This document shows, one piece after another, positions 26,191 through 35,064 of a stretch of 64,000 nucleotides of DNA. Position 1 is the first letter of the stretch. Each line of letters opens with the position of its first letter. Source of the DNA: an uncultured Desulfatiglans sp. (lineage in GTDB: Bacteria > Desulfobacterota > DSM-4660 > Desulfatiglandales > HGW-15); assembly GCA_964460435.1 (NCBI GenBank), contig CAYWRH010000001.1:32543-96542 (forward strand), read 5' to 3'. Under the pieces are notes generated by a model. It saw nothing but the letters and a program-made list of their open reading frames with translations, ran no database searches and was not told the origin of the DNA. The translations under genes were made by a program, and so were the position numbers.

Positions 26191-29100
26191 ATGTTAGCGC
26201 TAGCACGACTTGCAACAAGACGTCCCGTGGCCGTGACAGTGGTGGCAGCAGCCATTATCATGCTCGGGTGGATCTCCCTTAAGGGGCTCCCCATTGACCT
26301 TTTGCCTGATATTAAGAGCCCTACCATACTTGTCTCGGTAAAATCCGGTGACAGGCCACCCACAGAGATGGAGAGGCTCTATGGCAAACAGGTGGAACAG
26401 AGGCTCTTTACAGTTAAAGGAATAAGGTCAATTAACCAGGTAGCCAGGGCCGGAAACCTTATAGCAAGGGTCACCTTTGAGTGGGATGCGGACATGGATA
26501 TGGCCCTTGTGGATATCCAGAAGGCGATTGCATCCATATCAGCGGATGAGGATGTGGATGAGGTGGTGGTAAGGAGGCAGGACCCGCGCGAGCTTCCGGT
26601 TATCTCTATAGGCCTTGTTGCAAAAGAGGCGCTCCCCGGCCTTACAGAACTCAAGAAGATTGCCGAAAGGATGATCGCCCCAGCATTTGAACAGCTTGAG
26701 GGTGTGGCAGAGGTGAGGGTAACAGGCGGTCGCGAGGATGAAATAAGAATTATTGCTGACCGCTACCTTATGGAGGCCCATTCCATAACAATGGCCGAGC
26801 TTGAAAACCGTATAAGGGCGGCCAACATCGACATAAGCGCAGGCACCCTTGAGGAGGGTGATAATGTATATCTGGTAAGGGGGATATCCAGATTTAATAA
26901 TAGTGAAGATATTGCCCGTGTTGTGGTGAAGTATGACCGTGATTCAAGTGAAAAATCCATACCTGTCAGGGTTGGCGATATTGCGAAGGTCATAGTCACT
27001 GACAAGAAGATCAGCGACCTTGTGCTTGTGAATGGCAAAGAGGGTGTAAGCCTCTCCATATACAAGGAGGCAGGGGCAAATACAGTAAAGGTATCCCGTG
27101 ATGTTAAGAAGGCACTGACAGAACTTAATAAAGAATTAAAGAATATGGAGTTCAGCGTGGTAAGTGATGAGGCCGCCCTGGTGGAAGATGCAATAAGTGA
27201 TGTGGAGACCTCTGCTGTAATTGGCATTATCCTGGCGGTTATTGTGCTCTGGTATTTCTTAAGGTCATTAAGCTCAACTGTTATAGTGGCATCTGCCATA
27301 CCGGTATCTCTTATGGCAACCCTTTTTGCCATGCATTATGCAGGGCAGAGCCTTAACCTTATGACCCTTGGCGGTATGGCCCTGGGCGCAGGCATGCTTG
27401 TGGATAATGCCATTGTAGTAATAGAGAGTATCTTCCGCAGAAAGGAGGCAGGGGATTCACCGGAAGAAGCTGCTGCAAATGGCACAGCGGTTGTTGCAGG
27501 GGCGATTATCTCCAGCACCCTTACCACAATCGTGGTGTTTCTGCCTGTGCTCTTTATCAGGGGGCTTGCAGCAAGGCTTGTGTCAGGCATCTCATTTACT
27601 GTCATAGTCTCACTTGTTGCCTCTCTAGGTGTGGCGGTGTTTCTGATACCGGCCCTGGCAAAATGGTTTCTGCCAAAGGATACCATTAAGGAGGTAAACC
27701 CTGGAAAGACAAAGATAGAGGCCATTGTTACAGGTCTCCTCAAACATCCATATCTGGTGGTTGCAGTATCCTTTATAATTGTGGCCGTATCCGTATTCTC
27801 TCTTATGGGGCTTAAGAGCGAGCTTATGGCCCCTAATGACCCGAGGCAGTTTTCCCTCCGCATCACCGGTGTTCCGGGGCAGAGGGTGGAGGCTACAAAG
27901 AATATGGTAGCCGTGATAGAGGATATAATAAGGCAGGCCGCAGGTGATGACCTCAAGGCGATCCTCTCTGAGGTAGGCAGACTCCCGGAAGATGACCATT
28001 TTATACGTGAAGAGCTTACAGGTGAAAACAGGGCCAGGATACTTGTAAACCTTTCAACAGATGGGAAAACAGCGGGTCAGGTAGTAAAGGCTGCCTCTCC
28101 AGTGATTTCCGGGCTTAAAAATATCGAGGTCTCATGGGAGCTTGGCACATCAGCCATAGCAAGGGCCATTGGCAGTACCGGCCCTCCCATACAGGTGGAG
28201 ATATCCGGGCACTCTGCCACAGACCTAAGAAAGGCCGCAGATGCTGTGTTATCAAAACTAACGACACTGCCTGAGCTGTGGAATGTCCGCTCTTCATTTG
28301 AAGGGGGTGCGCCCGAGCTTCATATCGTGCTGAACCGCACCCTGTGTGACGGCCTTGGCGTTGATATAGAGATGGTTTCAAGGGTGATTGAATCGGCCCT
28401 GGATGGCAAGGTTGTGACCGAGATGACAACAGGAGATGAAGAGAAAGATGTTGTTTTGAAGGTTGAACAGGGCGCTGATATAGGGCTTAAATCCATACCC
28501 TTTACCACCTCAAAAGGGGAGCGCCTTACCATAGGGGATATCGCAGATTTTGTTAATGTAGATGGGGCGCTTGAGATTTTTAGGCGTGACCAGAAAAGGG
28601 TGGCAATGGTGACTGCGAGGATCAGGGAGGGGGTGAAATACCCTTTGGCAAAGGCTGCTACAGAATCGGCGATTAACAGCATGGATCTCTCCCCCGGCCT
28701 TAGTATGAGGCTTACCGGTGAAGAGGAGGAGAGGGCCAAGACCTTTTCGGAACTCGAATGGGCAGGCATAATATCTGTTATTCTTGTCTTCATGGTTTTA
28801 GCCGGCACCTTTGAATCCTTTCTTCATCCATTCACTGTGCTCTCCTCTATACCCTTTGCCCTCATAGGCGTGGCGGCTGTCCTATCGCCGTCAGGAAGGC
28901 CTATAGGGATCATGGAGGCATTAGGCCTTATAGTGCTCACAGGCATTGCTGTAAATGATGCGATACTTATGGTGCAGACAGCAGGCCAGTTAATTAAGGA
29001 GGGTGCTGAAAGAAAAGCGGCGCTGGCAAGGGCAGCAGCCATCAGGCTCAGGCCTATCATAATGACATCTGCCACGACCATACTTGCCCTTTTTCCCCTT

Positions 29101-29253
29101 GCCCTGGGTATAGGTGAAGCGGCCCAGCTAAGGGCACCTATGGCCATAACAATAATAGGGGGCATCACTGCATCTACGCTTACCTCCCTGTTTGTAATAC
29201 CATGCCTCTATCTGATACTCGACAAACTGCGATTCAAACGGGCCAGGGTATGA
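26191..29253 (+). CDS. RND efflux permease (AcrB/AcrD/AcrF family), subunit 1
   Basis: 1020 aa with a 12-TM, two-large-loop architecture. N-terminus RRPVAVTVVAAAIIMLGWISLKGLPIDLLPD, TM4 GMLVDNAIVVIES, and a C-terminal RLRPIIMTSATTILALFPLAL motif. Confidence 0.9.
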   Translation: MLALARLATRRPVAVTVVAAAIIMLGWISLKGLPIDLLPDIKSPTILVSVKSGDRPPTEMERLYGKQVEQRLFTVKGIRSINQVARAGNLIARVTFEWDADMDMALVDIQKAIASISADEDVDEVVVRRQDPRELPVISIGLVAKEALPGLTELKKIAERMIAPAFEQLEGVAEVRVTGGREDEIRIIADRYLMEAHSITMAELENRIRAANIDISAGTLEEGDNVYLVRGISRFNNSEDIARVVVKYDRDSSEKSIPVRVGDIAKVIVTDKKISDLVLVNGKEGVSLSIYKEAGANTVKVSRDVKKALTELNKELKNMEFSVVSDEAALVEDAISDVETSAVIGIILAVIVLWYFLRSLSSTVIVASAIPVSLMATLFAMHYAGQSLNLMTLGGMALGAGMLVDNAIVVIESIFRRKEAGDSPEEAAANGTAVVAGAIISSTLTTIVVFLPVLFIRGLAARLVSGISFTVIVSLVASLGVAVFLIPALAKWFLPKDTIKEVNPGKTKIEAIVTGLLKHPYLVVAVSFIIVAVSVFSLMGLKSELMAPNDPRQFSLRITGVPGQRVEATKNMVAVIEDIIRQAAGDDLKAILSEVGRLPEDDHFIREELTGENRARILVNLSTDGKTAGQVVKAASPVISGLKNIEVSWELGTSAIARAIGSTGPPIQVEISGHSATDLRKAADAVLSKLTTLPELWNVRSSFEGGAPELHIVLNRTLCDGLGVDIEMVSRVIESALDGKVVTEMTTGDEEKDVVLKVEQGADIGLKSIPFTTSKGERLTIGDIADFVNVDGALEIFRRDQKRVAMVTARIREGVKYPLAKAATESAINSMDLSPGLSMRLTGEEEERAKTFSELEWAGIISVILVFMVLAGTFESFLHPFTVLSSIPFALIGVAAVLSPSGRPIGIMEALGLIVLTGIAVNDAILMVQTAGQLIKEGAERKAALARAAAIRLRPIIMTSATTILALFPLALGIGEAAQLRAPMAITIIGGITASTLTSLFVIPCLYLILDKLRFKRARV

Positions 29254-32200
29254 GCTGGTATAATTTTCCTGTAAAAAGGCCTGTGGCCACGGCCATGTTT
29301 TTCTGCGCCATCCTGCTTCTGGGTCTGGTCGGTTGGGAGAGGATACCTGTGGAGCTTATCCCTGATCTTGAGGGTGACTCCATCCATATTGATTTTGTAA
29401 GGCTTAACAGCGAACCAGAGGTGGTTGAGCGCGAAATACTGATCCCCTTAGAGGAGAAGGCCTCAGCGCTTGAGGGGATAAAGGAGACATTCGGAACTGT
29501 TAATGGCTCGAACGGCTCCCTTGATATTAATTTTGAACCGGGCACCGATATCAAGATCAGGCAGCTTGAGCTCCAGCGGATTGCTGCTGAGCTTAACAGG
29601 GAGCAGCCAAGGGGTTCATATATAAATGTCGGCGGCCAGGACTTTTCAATGATAAGCCGGATCGTGATGAGCATACAGGTCCTTGGCGGTGATGACACAG
29701 ACAGTTTAAGGAGTTTTGTCGAGGAGAATATTGAGTCACGCATTGCAGCAGTAAATGGTGTGGCCAATGTTTTCGTGATGGGCGGCGCACCAGAAGAGAT
29801 AACCATAAGGGTTGACCCTGATAAATGCTCTGCCCTTGGCATATCACCACAGGAGGTATCGACAACGCTTTCACGCTCTGTTCAGAGACTAAAATTCCTG
29901 GGCGGTCTTGAAGACAGCACAATACGTCAGCCGGTCATCCTGGATGGCAGGCCTAAAGGGGTATATGAGCTGGGAGAGTTAAGGATAAGCCCTGAAAGGT
30001 CTGTGCTTATACGTCATGTTGCTGAAGTGTCAAAGGGCACAGGCAGAAAAGAGAGCATATACAGGGTAAACAGCAAGCCATCAGTTGCCCTCCTGATATT
30101 CAAGGAGGAGGGGGCAAACCTTGTCAGACTGGGTGAGGAGGTCAGGAGGCGTCTTAATGAACTCAAAAAGGAGTTTAAACCATATGGCATTGATTTTTTA
30201 ACAGGGTTTGATGCAGCAAAAACAGTTGAGAAACAGATAGACAGGCTCAAGAAACTTGCAATAAGCGGATTTATCATCTCTATTGTTATACTCTTTCTTT
30301 TTATAAAAAGGCTAAGGGCAGTTACTGTTGTTGCCATTGCCGTGCCTGTGAGCCTTTTATCTTCAATGGCCTTTCTCTATACCGGCGGATACACGCTCAA
30401 TCTTGTTACGCTCATAGGGCTTGCTGTTGGAGTAGGCATGCTTGTAGATAACAGCATAGTTGTCTATGAGGCAGCACAGCGCAGGCTTGAAAGGGGTGTT
30501 GACCCGGACAGGGCAGCAGGGGATGGCGTAAGGATAACCTTTAAGGCGATCCTTGCATCTACGGTGACAAATGCCATTGTCTTTCTGCCTGTATTCTTTC
30601 TGGTAGAGGATAGTATGTTGAGGGGGGTGATGAAGCTCCTTGCCGCTGCTATACTTATTCCTTTAGGGTCATCACTTCTTGTTGCCGTAGGGCTAGTTCC
30701 TCTTTTAGCCAGAAGATTTGCAGCGCCTGCTGCCATGGATCGGTTAAGAGCCTTAAAAAGGCGCAGGGAACTATACATGGGTCTCCCTTTACCTGACAGG
30801 TGGCGTGATCTGTTTACAGGTCTTTTAAAAAATTCCATGCGGAACCCTGCAACCTGGATCATGGTTATAACAGCGGCCCTGTTTTTTACAATAATTGTAG
30901 GGCTGCCCTGGGTTATGATCGGATCAAGGAACCAGGAGTCTCAGGAGGCAGATGAGATACAGCTCGCAATTGATGTCCCTGCAGGGGATTCCCTTGAGTC
31001 AGTAAGCAGGGACTTCTATTCACTTGAACAGGAGGCTCTTAAAATAGAGGGTGTAGAAGCTGTTGAGAGCATGATACAGGAAAAGAACAGCACCCTTACC
31101 ATCCGATTTGCTGAAAAGGGGGTGCGTCCCCCTGAACTTACTGCCCCTCTTGTGAGAGAAAAGATCAAACAGGCTGCAAAAAAGTTAAGGGGATTTGATG
31201 TCACTTCACAAAACTCAGCCGGACAGGGCAGGGGCAGGCGGGGGTCTGGCGCAGCAACCCTTATGGGTCAGGGGAAATCTGAGATTATTATATCAGGTGC
31301 TGATTCAAGGAAATTGATGGACATAGCCCTTTCATTAAAGGAGCGGCTTGAATCCATCCCTGAAATCAGTGAGGTTCAGGAATCATCAAGGCCTGGTCAG
31401 GATGAGATACACATAATACCTGATCACAAGATACTGAACAGCCTGGGGCTCTTCTCGGATCAGGTGTTTATCATGCTGAGGCTGGCGCTCTCCAGGGAAG
31501 GCACACAGATGAGCGCCGGAACAATAGAGGCAGATGGTAAGGAGATCCCGATTGTTATCAGGAGCAATGAAACCGGATCAAATAACCTGACCCGGCGAAT
31601 GGAGGATCTCAGGATAAATACCTCTGCCGGTGTAATTACCCTTGGGTACATATCTGATGCCCGCAAGATGCCCCCGCCAAATGTGATAGAACACCATAAT
31701 GGAAGGCGTGAGATGAGGGTTTACTACTCATTTAAGAGAGATGCCCCATCCACAGGGCCGGCCCGTGAGGCCCTGGATAAAGAGATATTGAGCATGATAG
31801 AGTCTGTGCCCCTGCCTGAAGGTTATGTTATCAATCCTACAGAGGATGACGAGACAGCGAGCATGGCAAGGCGCATCCTTATCCCTATTGTTCTATTACT
31901 CTTTGCAGTACTGGCCATTACCTTTGAATCCCTCACCATGCCAATCCTTGTGCTGCTCGCAGCCCCCCTTACCATTATCGGGGCTGTATGGGCGCTCTGT
32001 TTTGCAGGCATGCCCCTGTTAAGCCCTATGGCCATAGCAGGCATGGTAGTTCTTATGGGGATCATGGTAAACCCCGCGATTCTGCTTGTGGACAGGATGC
32101 AGGAAAGGGTGCTTGGAAGCAGGTGGTCTGCAGGCGCTGCTGCCCTTGCAGCGGTGCGTGAACGGTCAAGGCCGGTACTGATGACAACCGCCACAACCAT

Positions 32201-34004
32201 TGCAGGTTTGTGGCCCCTTGCCATCTCTACAGGGGCAGAGAATGAGATGTGGCCCCCATTTGCTGTTGTGATAATGGGGGGGCTTGTTACATCGGGGCTC
32301 CTCATTCTTCTTGTTATCCCGATAGGGTTTGTCTTCTTAAGCAGGATAGACAGGATATTCGGAAGGCTTGGGCCATGGATAACCGTATCATGGATATGCG
32401 CCACCGCTATTGTCATGACGCCTCTCATATATTTTGAACAGATAACCACGCTTACATGGCAGGTAACAACCACTATTCTGGTTGCATCGGTATTCTTAGG
32501 TATATTTGTGCTCATCTTCCGCAAACCCGAACTGCCTCAACCCTCTGAGGGTGTTGAGGTGGAGGTAAAATATATCCACAAGATATATGGCAGGCCCGGC
32601 CCCATTGGCAAGGCCATCAGGGCAGGGGAACATTTTGCCATAAAGGTGCTTAACCGGGGCGGAAAACCCTTTTTGCCCTCTGATGTTATCCAGCCCATGA
32701 TAACAGTTATAGTGCTTCTTATGGGGGTGTCATATCTTGCATTTTCACTGAGCACCATCTTCTGGCGGATCGTCTTTTCATTTGCCGGGGCTGTCTTACT
32801 CATAAGGCTGCTCTCCCTTATACGAAAGATACGCGGCAAATGTGATGAAAAGGGGAATACCTTGCCGGGCGGGATTGAAAACATGCTCGCCACTATTATT
32901 CCATGGATTGTCCTCTGCCTTAACGGGATATTCTATTATCTGGCGCCTGTCTCTGTTGGCAAACACCCGCGTATGGCCCTGTTTCCCATGCTGCTTATTG
33001 CCCTGCTGATAATTTTTATTCAGGCAGGCAGGAAGAGCGCAAAGGATCTTGCAACAGGCAAAATAAAAGAAAAATATGATGCTGGTTTTATTTATCGTAC
33101 AAAACTCATCTGGCGAGAGATGTGTAGGTTGCTTTTTGGTCTTGATCTGCCAAGGGATGAGCATCAGGCCCTTAAGAATATTAACTTCAGGGCAGAAAGG
33201 GGCATGATAGGTATACTTGGCCCCAATGGCGCCGGTAAAACAACACTGTTAAGGGCCATAGCGGGAATACTTGATCCGACTGCCGGTGTAATTACAATGG
33301 GCGGGGTACCCCTTAAAAAGATCAGGAGATTTCTTGCCAACTGGGTAGGGTATCTGCCACAGGATTTTGGCCTGCCCAAAAACCTTACAGGCAGGGAATA
33401 CCTTGAATACTATGCCCTGTTATACAGGATAGATGAAAGGGACAAGATTATTGAGAGGGTCAACTTCCTCCTTACCGAGGTGGGGCTGGCTGAACAGGCG
33501 GACAAAAGGATCGGGGATTATTCAGGCGGCATGAGGCAGCGTGTGGCGGTTGCTCGCACCCTGTTAAGGCTTCCGCCTGTGATCATCGTGGATGAACCGA
33601 CAGTGGGGCTTGACCCAAAGGAGCGCATCAGGTTTAGAAACCTCCTCTCAAGGCTTGCTGAGACAAGGATAGTGCTCTTTTCCACCCATGTTGTTGAGGA
33701 TGTTGCTGTTGCATGTGAACGGGTGATAGTGCTTTCAAAGGGGAAGAAGGTCTTTGATGGTGAGCCAGGCCTGCTCGCATCTGTAGCTGATGGAAAGACA
33801 TGGGAGATGAGGATCAGGGAGGGTGAAGAGAATAATCTGCCGGAGAATGCCATTGTGGTGGATCAGGCGCCCGAGGCTGATGGAACATACCATGTCAGGA
33901 TACTCTGTCATGATGCCCCTGCGAAGGACGCAAAGGCTGTTGTCCCCAATCTTCAGGATGGCTACCTTGAGCTTGTGGGGACGAGAAGGAAGAGGGTAGT
34001 TTGA
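29250..34004 (+). CDS. Fusion protein: complete RND efflux permease + 6 additional TM helices + ABC ATPase domain
   Basis: I prefer ATG 29250 (ATGA overlap with the upstream stop), giving 1584 aa. Residues 1 to ~1030 are AcrB-like (KRPVATAMFFCAILLLGLVGWERIPVELIPD; MLVDNSIVVYE; RSRPVLMTTATTIAGLWPLAI). The C-terminal ~270 aa is an ABC NBD with GPNGAGKTT (~33.22 kb), YLPQDF, YSGGMRQR, IIVDEPTVGLD and STHVV. Confidence 0.85.
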   Translation: MSWYNFPVKRPVATAMFFCAILLLGLVGWERIPVELIPDLEGDSIHIDFVRLNSEPEVVEREILIPLEEKASALEGIKETFGTVNGSNGSLDINFEPGTDIKIRQLELQRIAAELNREQPRGSYINVGGQDFSMISRIVMSIQVLGGDDTDSLRSFVEENIESRIAAVNGVANVFVMGGAPEEITIRVDPDKCSALGISPQEVSTTLSRSVQRLKFLGGLEDSTIRQPVILDGRPKGVYELGELRISPERSVLIRHVAEVSKGTGRKESIYRVNSKPSVALLIFKEEGANLVRLGEEVRRRLNELKKEFKPYGIDFLTGFDAAKTVEKQIDRLKKLAISGFIISIVILFLFIKRLRAVTVVAIAVPVSLLSSMAFLYTGGYTLNLVTLIGLAVGVGMLVDNSIVVYEAAQRRLERGVDPDRAAGDGVRITFKAILASTVTNAIVFLPVFFLVEDSMLRGVMKLLAAAILIPLGSSLLVAVGLVPLLARRFAAPAAMDRLRALKRRRELYMGLPLPDRWRDLFTGLLKNSMRNPATWIMVITAALFFTIIVGLPWVMIGSRNQESQEADEIQLAIDVPAGDSLESVSRDFYSLEQEALKIEGVEAVESMIQEKNSTLTIRFAEKGVRPPELTAPLVREKIKQAAKKLRGFDVTSQNSAGQGRGRRGSGAATLMGQGKSEIIISGADSRKLMDIALSLKERLESIPEISEVQESSRPGQDEIHIIPDHKILNSLGLFSDQVFIMLRLALSREGTQMSAGTIEADGKEIPIVIRSNETGSNNLTRRMEDLRINTSAGVITLGYISDARKMPPPNVIEHHNGRREMRVYYSFKRDAPSTGPAREALDKEILSMIESVPLPEGYVINPTEDDETASMARRILIPIVLLLFAVLAITFESLTMPILVLLAAPLTIIGAVWALCFAGMPLLSPMAIAGMVVLMGIMVNPAILLVDRMQERVLGSRWSAGAAALAAVRERSRPVLMTTATTIAGLWPLAISTGAENEMWPPFAVVIMGGLVTSGLLILLVIPIGFVFLSRIDRIFGRLGPWITVSWICATAIVMTPLIYFEQITTLTWQVTTTILVASVFLGIFVLIFRKPELPQPSEGVEVEVKYIHKIYGRPGPIGKAIRAGEHFAIKVLNRGGKPFLPSDVIQPMITVIVLLMGVSYLAFSLSTIFWRIVFSFAGAVLLIRLLSLIRKIRGKCDEKGNTLPGGIENMLATIIPWIVLCLNGIFYYLAPVSVGKHPRMALFPMLLIALLIIFIQAGRKSAKDLATGKIKEKYDAGFIYRTKLIWREMCRLLFGLDLPRDEHQALKNINFRAERGMIGILGPNGAGKTTLLRAIAGILDPTAGVITMGGVPLKKIRRFLANWVGYLPQDFGLPKNLTGREYLEYYALLYRIDERDKIIERVNFLLTEVGLAEQADKRIGDYSGGMRQRVAVARTLLRLPPVIIVDEPTVGLDPKERIRFRNLLSRLAETRIVLFSTHVVEDVAVACERVIVLSKGKKVFDGEPGLLASVADGKTWEMRIREGEENNLPENAIVVDQAPEADGTYHVRILCHDAPAKDAKAVVPNLQDGYLELVGTRRKRVV

Positions 34005-34005
34005 A

Positions 34006-34162
34006 ATTCAAGATTCAAGATTGAAGATTCAAAATTCGAAATTTGGAGCTCGACTTTAAGAGCTCTAAGTTCAATGCTTATTTAAATAAAGCCGTCATTC
34101 CCGCGAAGGCGGGAATCCATTGTTATTAAAGACCAGCAGGCTCCCACCTTCACGGGAATGAC
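34006..34162. repeat. Intergenic repeat block (short tandem repeats + REP-like hairpins)
   Basis: Degenerate tandem GATTCAA(G/A) units lie at 34006-34043. Hairpin GTCATTCCCGC-gaa-GCGGGAATCC lies at 34094-34118. Its GTCATTCCCG (34094-34103) also pairs with the distal CGGGAATGAC (34153-34162). Confidence 0.55.
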
Positions 34163-34200
34163 AGGCTAAATATGTTGAATTACATATATGGATTAAAGGT

Positions 34201-34896
34201 ATGTTAGATAAACTTAAAACCTATTTGAGTATTATGATCTACTCAGGCCGCCTAATGGCAGGTAAAAGGTTCTGGATAATAATATTTCTGCCCCTTATCT
34301 GGCCTGTTTTACAGGCCCTGTTTATCTGGATCGGATGGAGTGATGCAAAATTTAACCCCGCTGATGCACATATGCTTATTTCCATTCCCCTCTCAATTGT
34401 TGCGATGGGGCTTGGGTTACGCATCATAGCAGGGGAGATAGACAGCAGGACACTTGAGATCGCCTACACAGTGCCAGGCGGGTGCCACCGGGTATGGCTC
34501 GCCAAGATAGCAACCTGTTTCTGTCTGCTCATTGCAAGCGAGGCGCTGCTTGCCCTCTTTACAATGGTATTTCTCATATCTGTTTCAATCGGGACATTCT
34601 ATGGAGCGCTCCAGGCCGCCATGTTCTGCCTTGTTATGGGTATGGGGCTTTCAGCATTTTTCAGGAGCGAGATAACAGGGGCAATGGCAACTATTCTCTT
34701 TTTTGCATTAGGGGTTATGGCAAGTTCATTCCGTATATCGCCATTTTTTAACCCCCTTGCATTGAGCCCTTCTGAAAAGGCACAGGCTGTTACCTATGCA
34801 ATACAGAACAGGATATTTTTTATAATTTTTATTGTGGCTATAACACTGCTCACCTTCCTGCGTGTGGAAAGAAGGGAAAAGATGCTGAGAGATTAA
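34201..34896 (+). CDS. ABC-2-type permease-like integral membrane protein
   Basis: 231 aa with about 6 TM helices. It contains the ABC-2-like segment GEIDSRTLEIAYTVPGGCHRVWLAKI. Confidence 0.5.
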   Translation: MLDKLKTYLSIMIYSGRLMAGKRFWIIIFLPLIWPVLQALFIWIGWSDAKFNPADAHMLISIPLSIVAMGLGLRIIAGEIDSRTLEIAYTVPGGCHRVWLAKIATCFCLLIASEALLALFTMVFLISVSIGTFYGALQAAMFCLVMGMGLSAFFRSEITGAMATILFFALGVMASSFRISPFFNPLALSPSEKAQAVTYAIQNRIFFIIFIVAITLLTFLRVERREKMLRD

Positions 34897-34935
34897 GATT
34901 TATTTAAAGTTTTTGATTTTCATTCGAAGTTCAGA

Positions 34936-35015
34936 GTTCGATGTTGGATGTTCGATGTTTGAAGATGAACGTTGAACATCGGACGTCCAACTTTGAACAT
35001 CCAATGTTTAATTTT
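34936..35015. repeat. Nested inverted repeats built from GATGTTC/GAACATC units
   Basis: GTTGGATGTTCGATGTT (34943-34959) pairs with AACATCGGACGTCCAAC (34975-34991). Outer copies GTTCGATGTTGGATG and GAACATCCAATGTT are also present. The block lies in the spacer before the OMF gene. Confidence 0.5.
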
Positions 35016-35064
35016 AAATCTGTTGATAACTTGAATCATTTTGTTCTCATGGAGGTATGTTCAA

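Noticed and set aside
27336-27956. Long antisense ORFs inside the RND and ABC genes. Examples: 26763-27332, 27336-27956, 28320-28808, 29234-29842 and 31823-32524 on the minus strand; 20756-21298 opposite the ABC ATPase; 7659-8156 opposite the transposase; 51752-52234 and 17923-18327.
   Set aside because: They lie entirely within strongly supported genes on the other strand. Their Ser/Pro/Ala/Thr-rich, low-complexity translations are typical of antisense frames. They show no motifs or ribosome-binding sites. I treat them as shadow ORFs.
29202-29249. The ORF-track start of the fusion gene at 29202, which would give 1600 aa.
   Set aside because: That start would overlap the upstream RND gene by 52 nt. 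ATG 29250 gives the canonical RND N-terminus (MSWYNFPVKRPVATAMFF…) and an ATGA stop/start overlap, so I prefer 29250.
26191-32350. A possibly degenerate proton relay in the two RND subunits: TM4 reads VDN instead of AcrB-type VDD, and TM10 reads AVND/…NP instead of AKN. This might have implied ATP-only driving.
   Set aside because: The stand-alone RND pump at 54477-57554 in the same window also lacks the DD/K pattern (VDGSIVV; AVNNAILL), so this looks like a lineage or family trait. Without a real alignment I cannot assign equivalent residues, so it is not used as evidence.
34006-34043. Short tandem GATTCAA-type repeats considered as a possible CRISPR or other array.
   Set aside because: The units are only ~8 nt, degenerate and directly abutting with no spacers. 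No cas genes are in the window.
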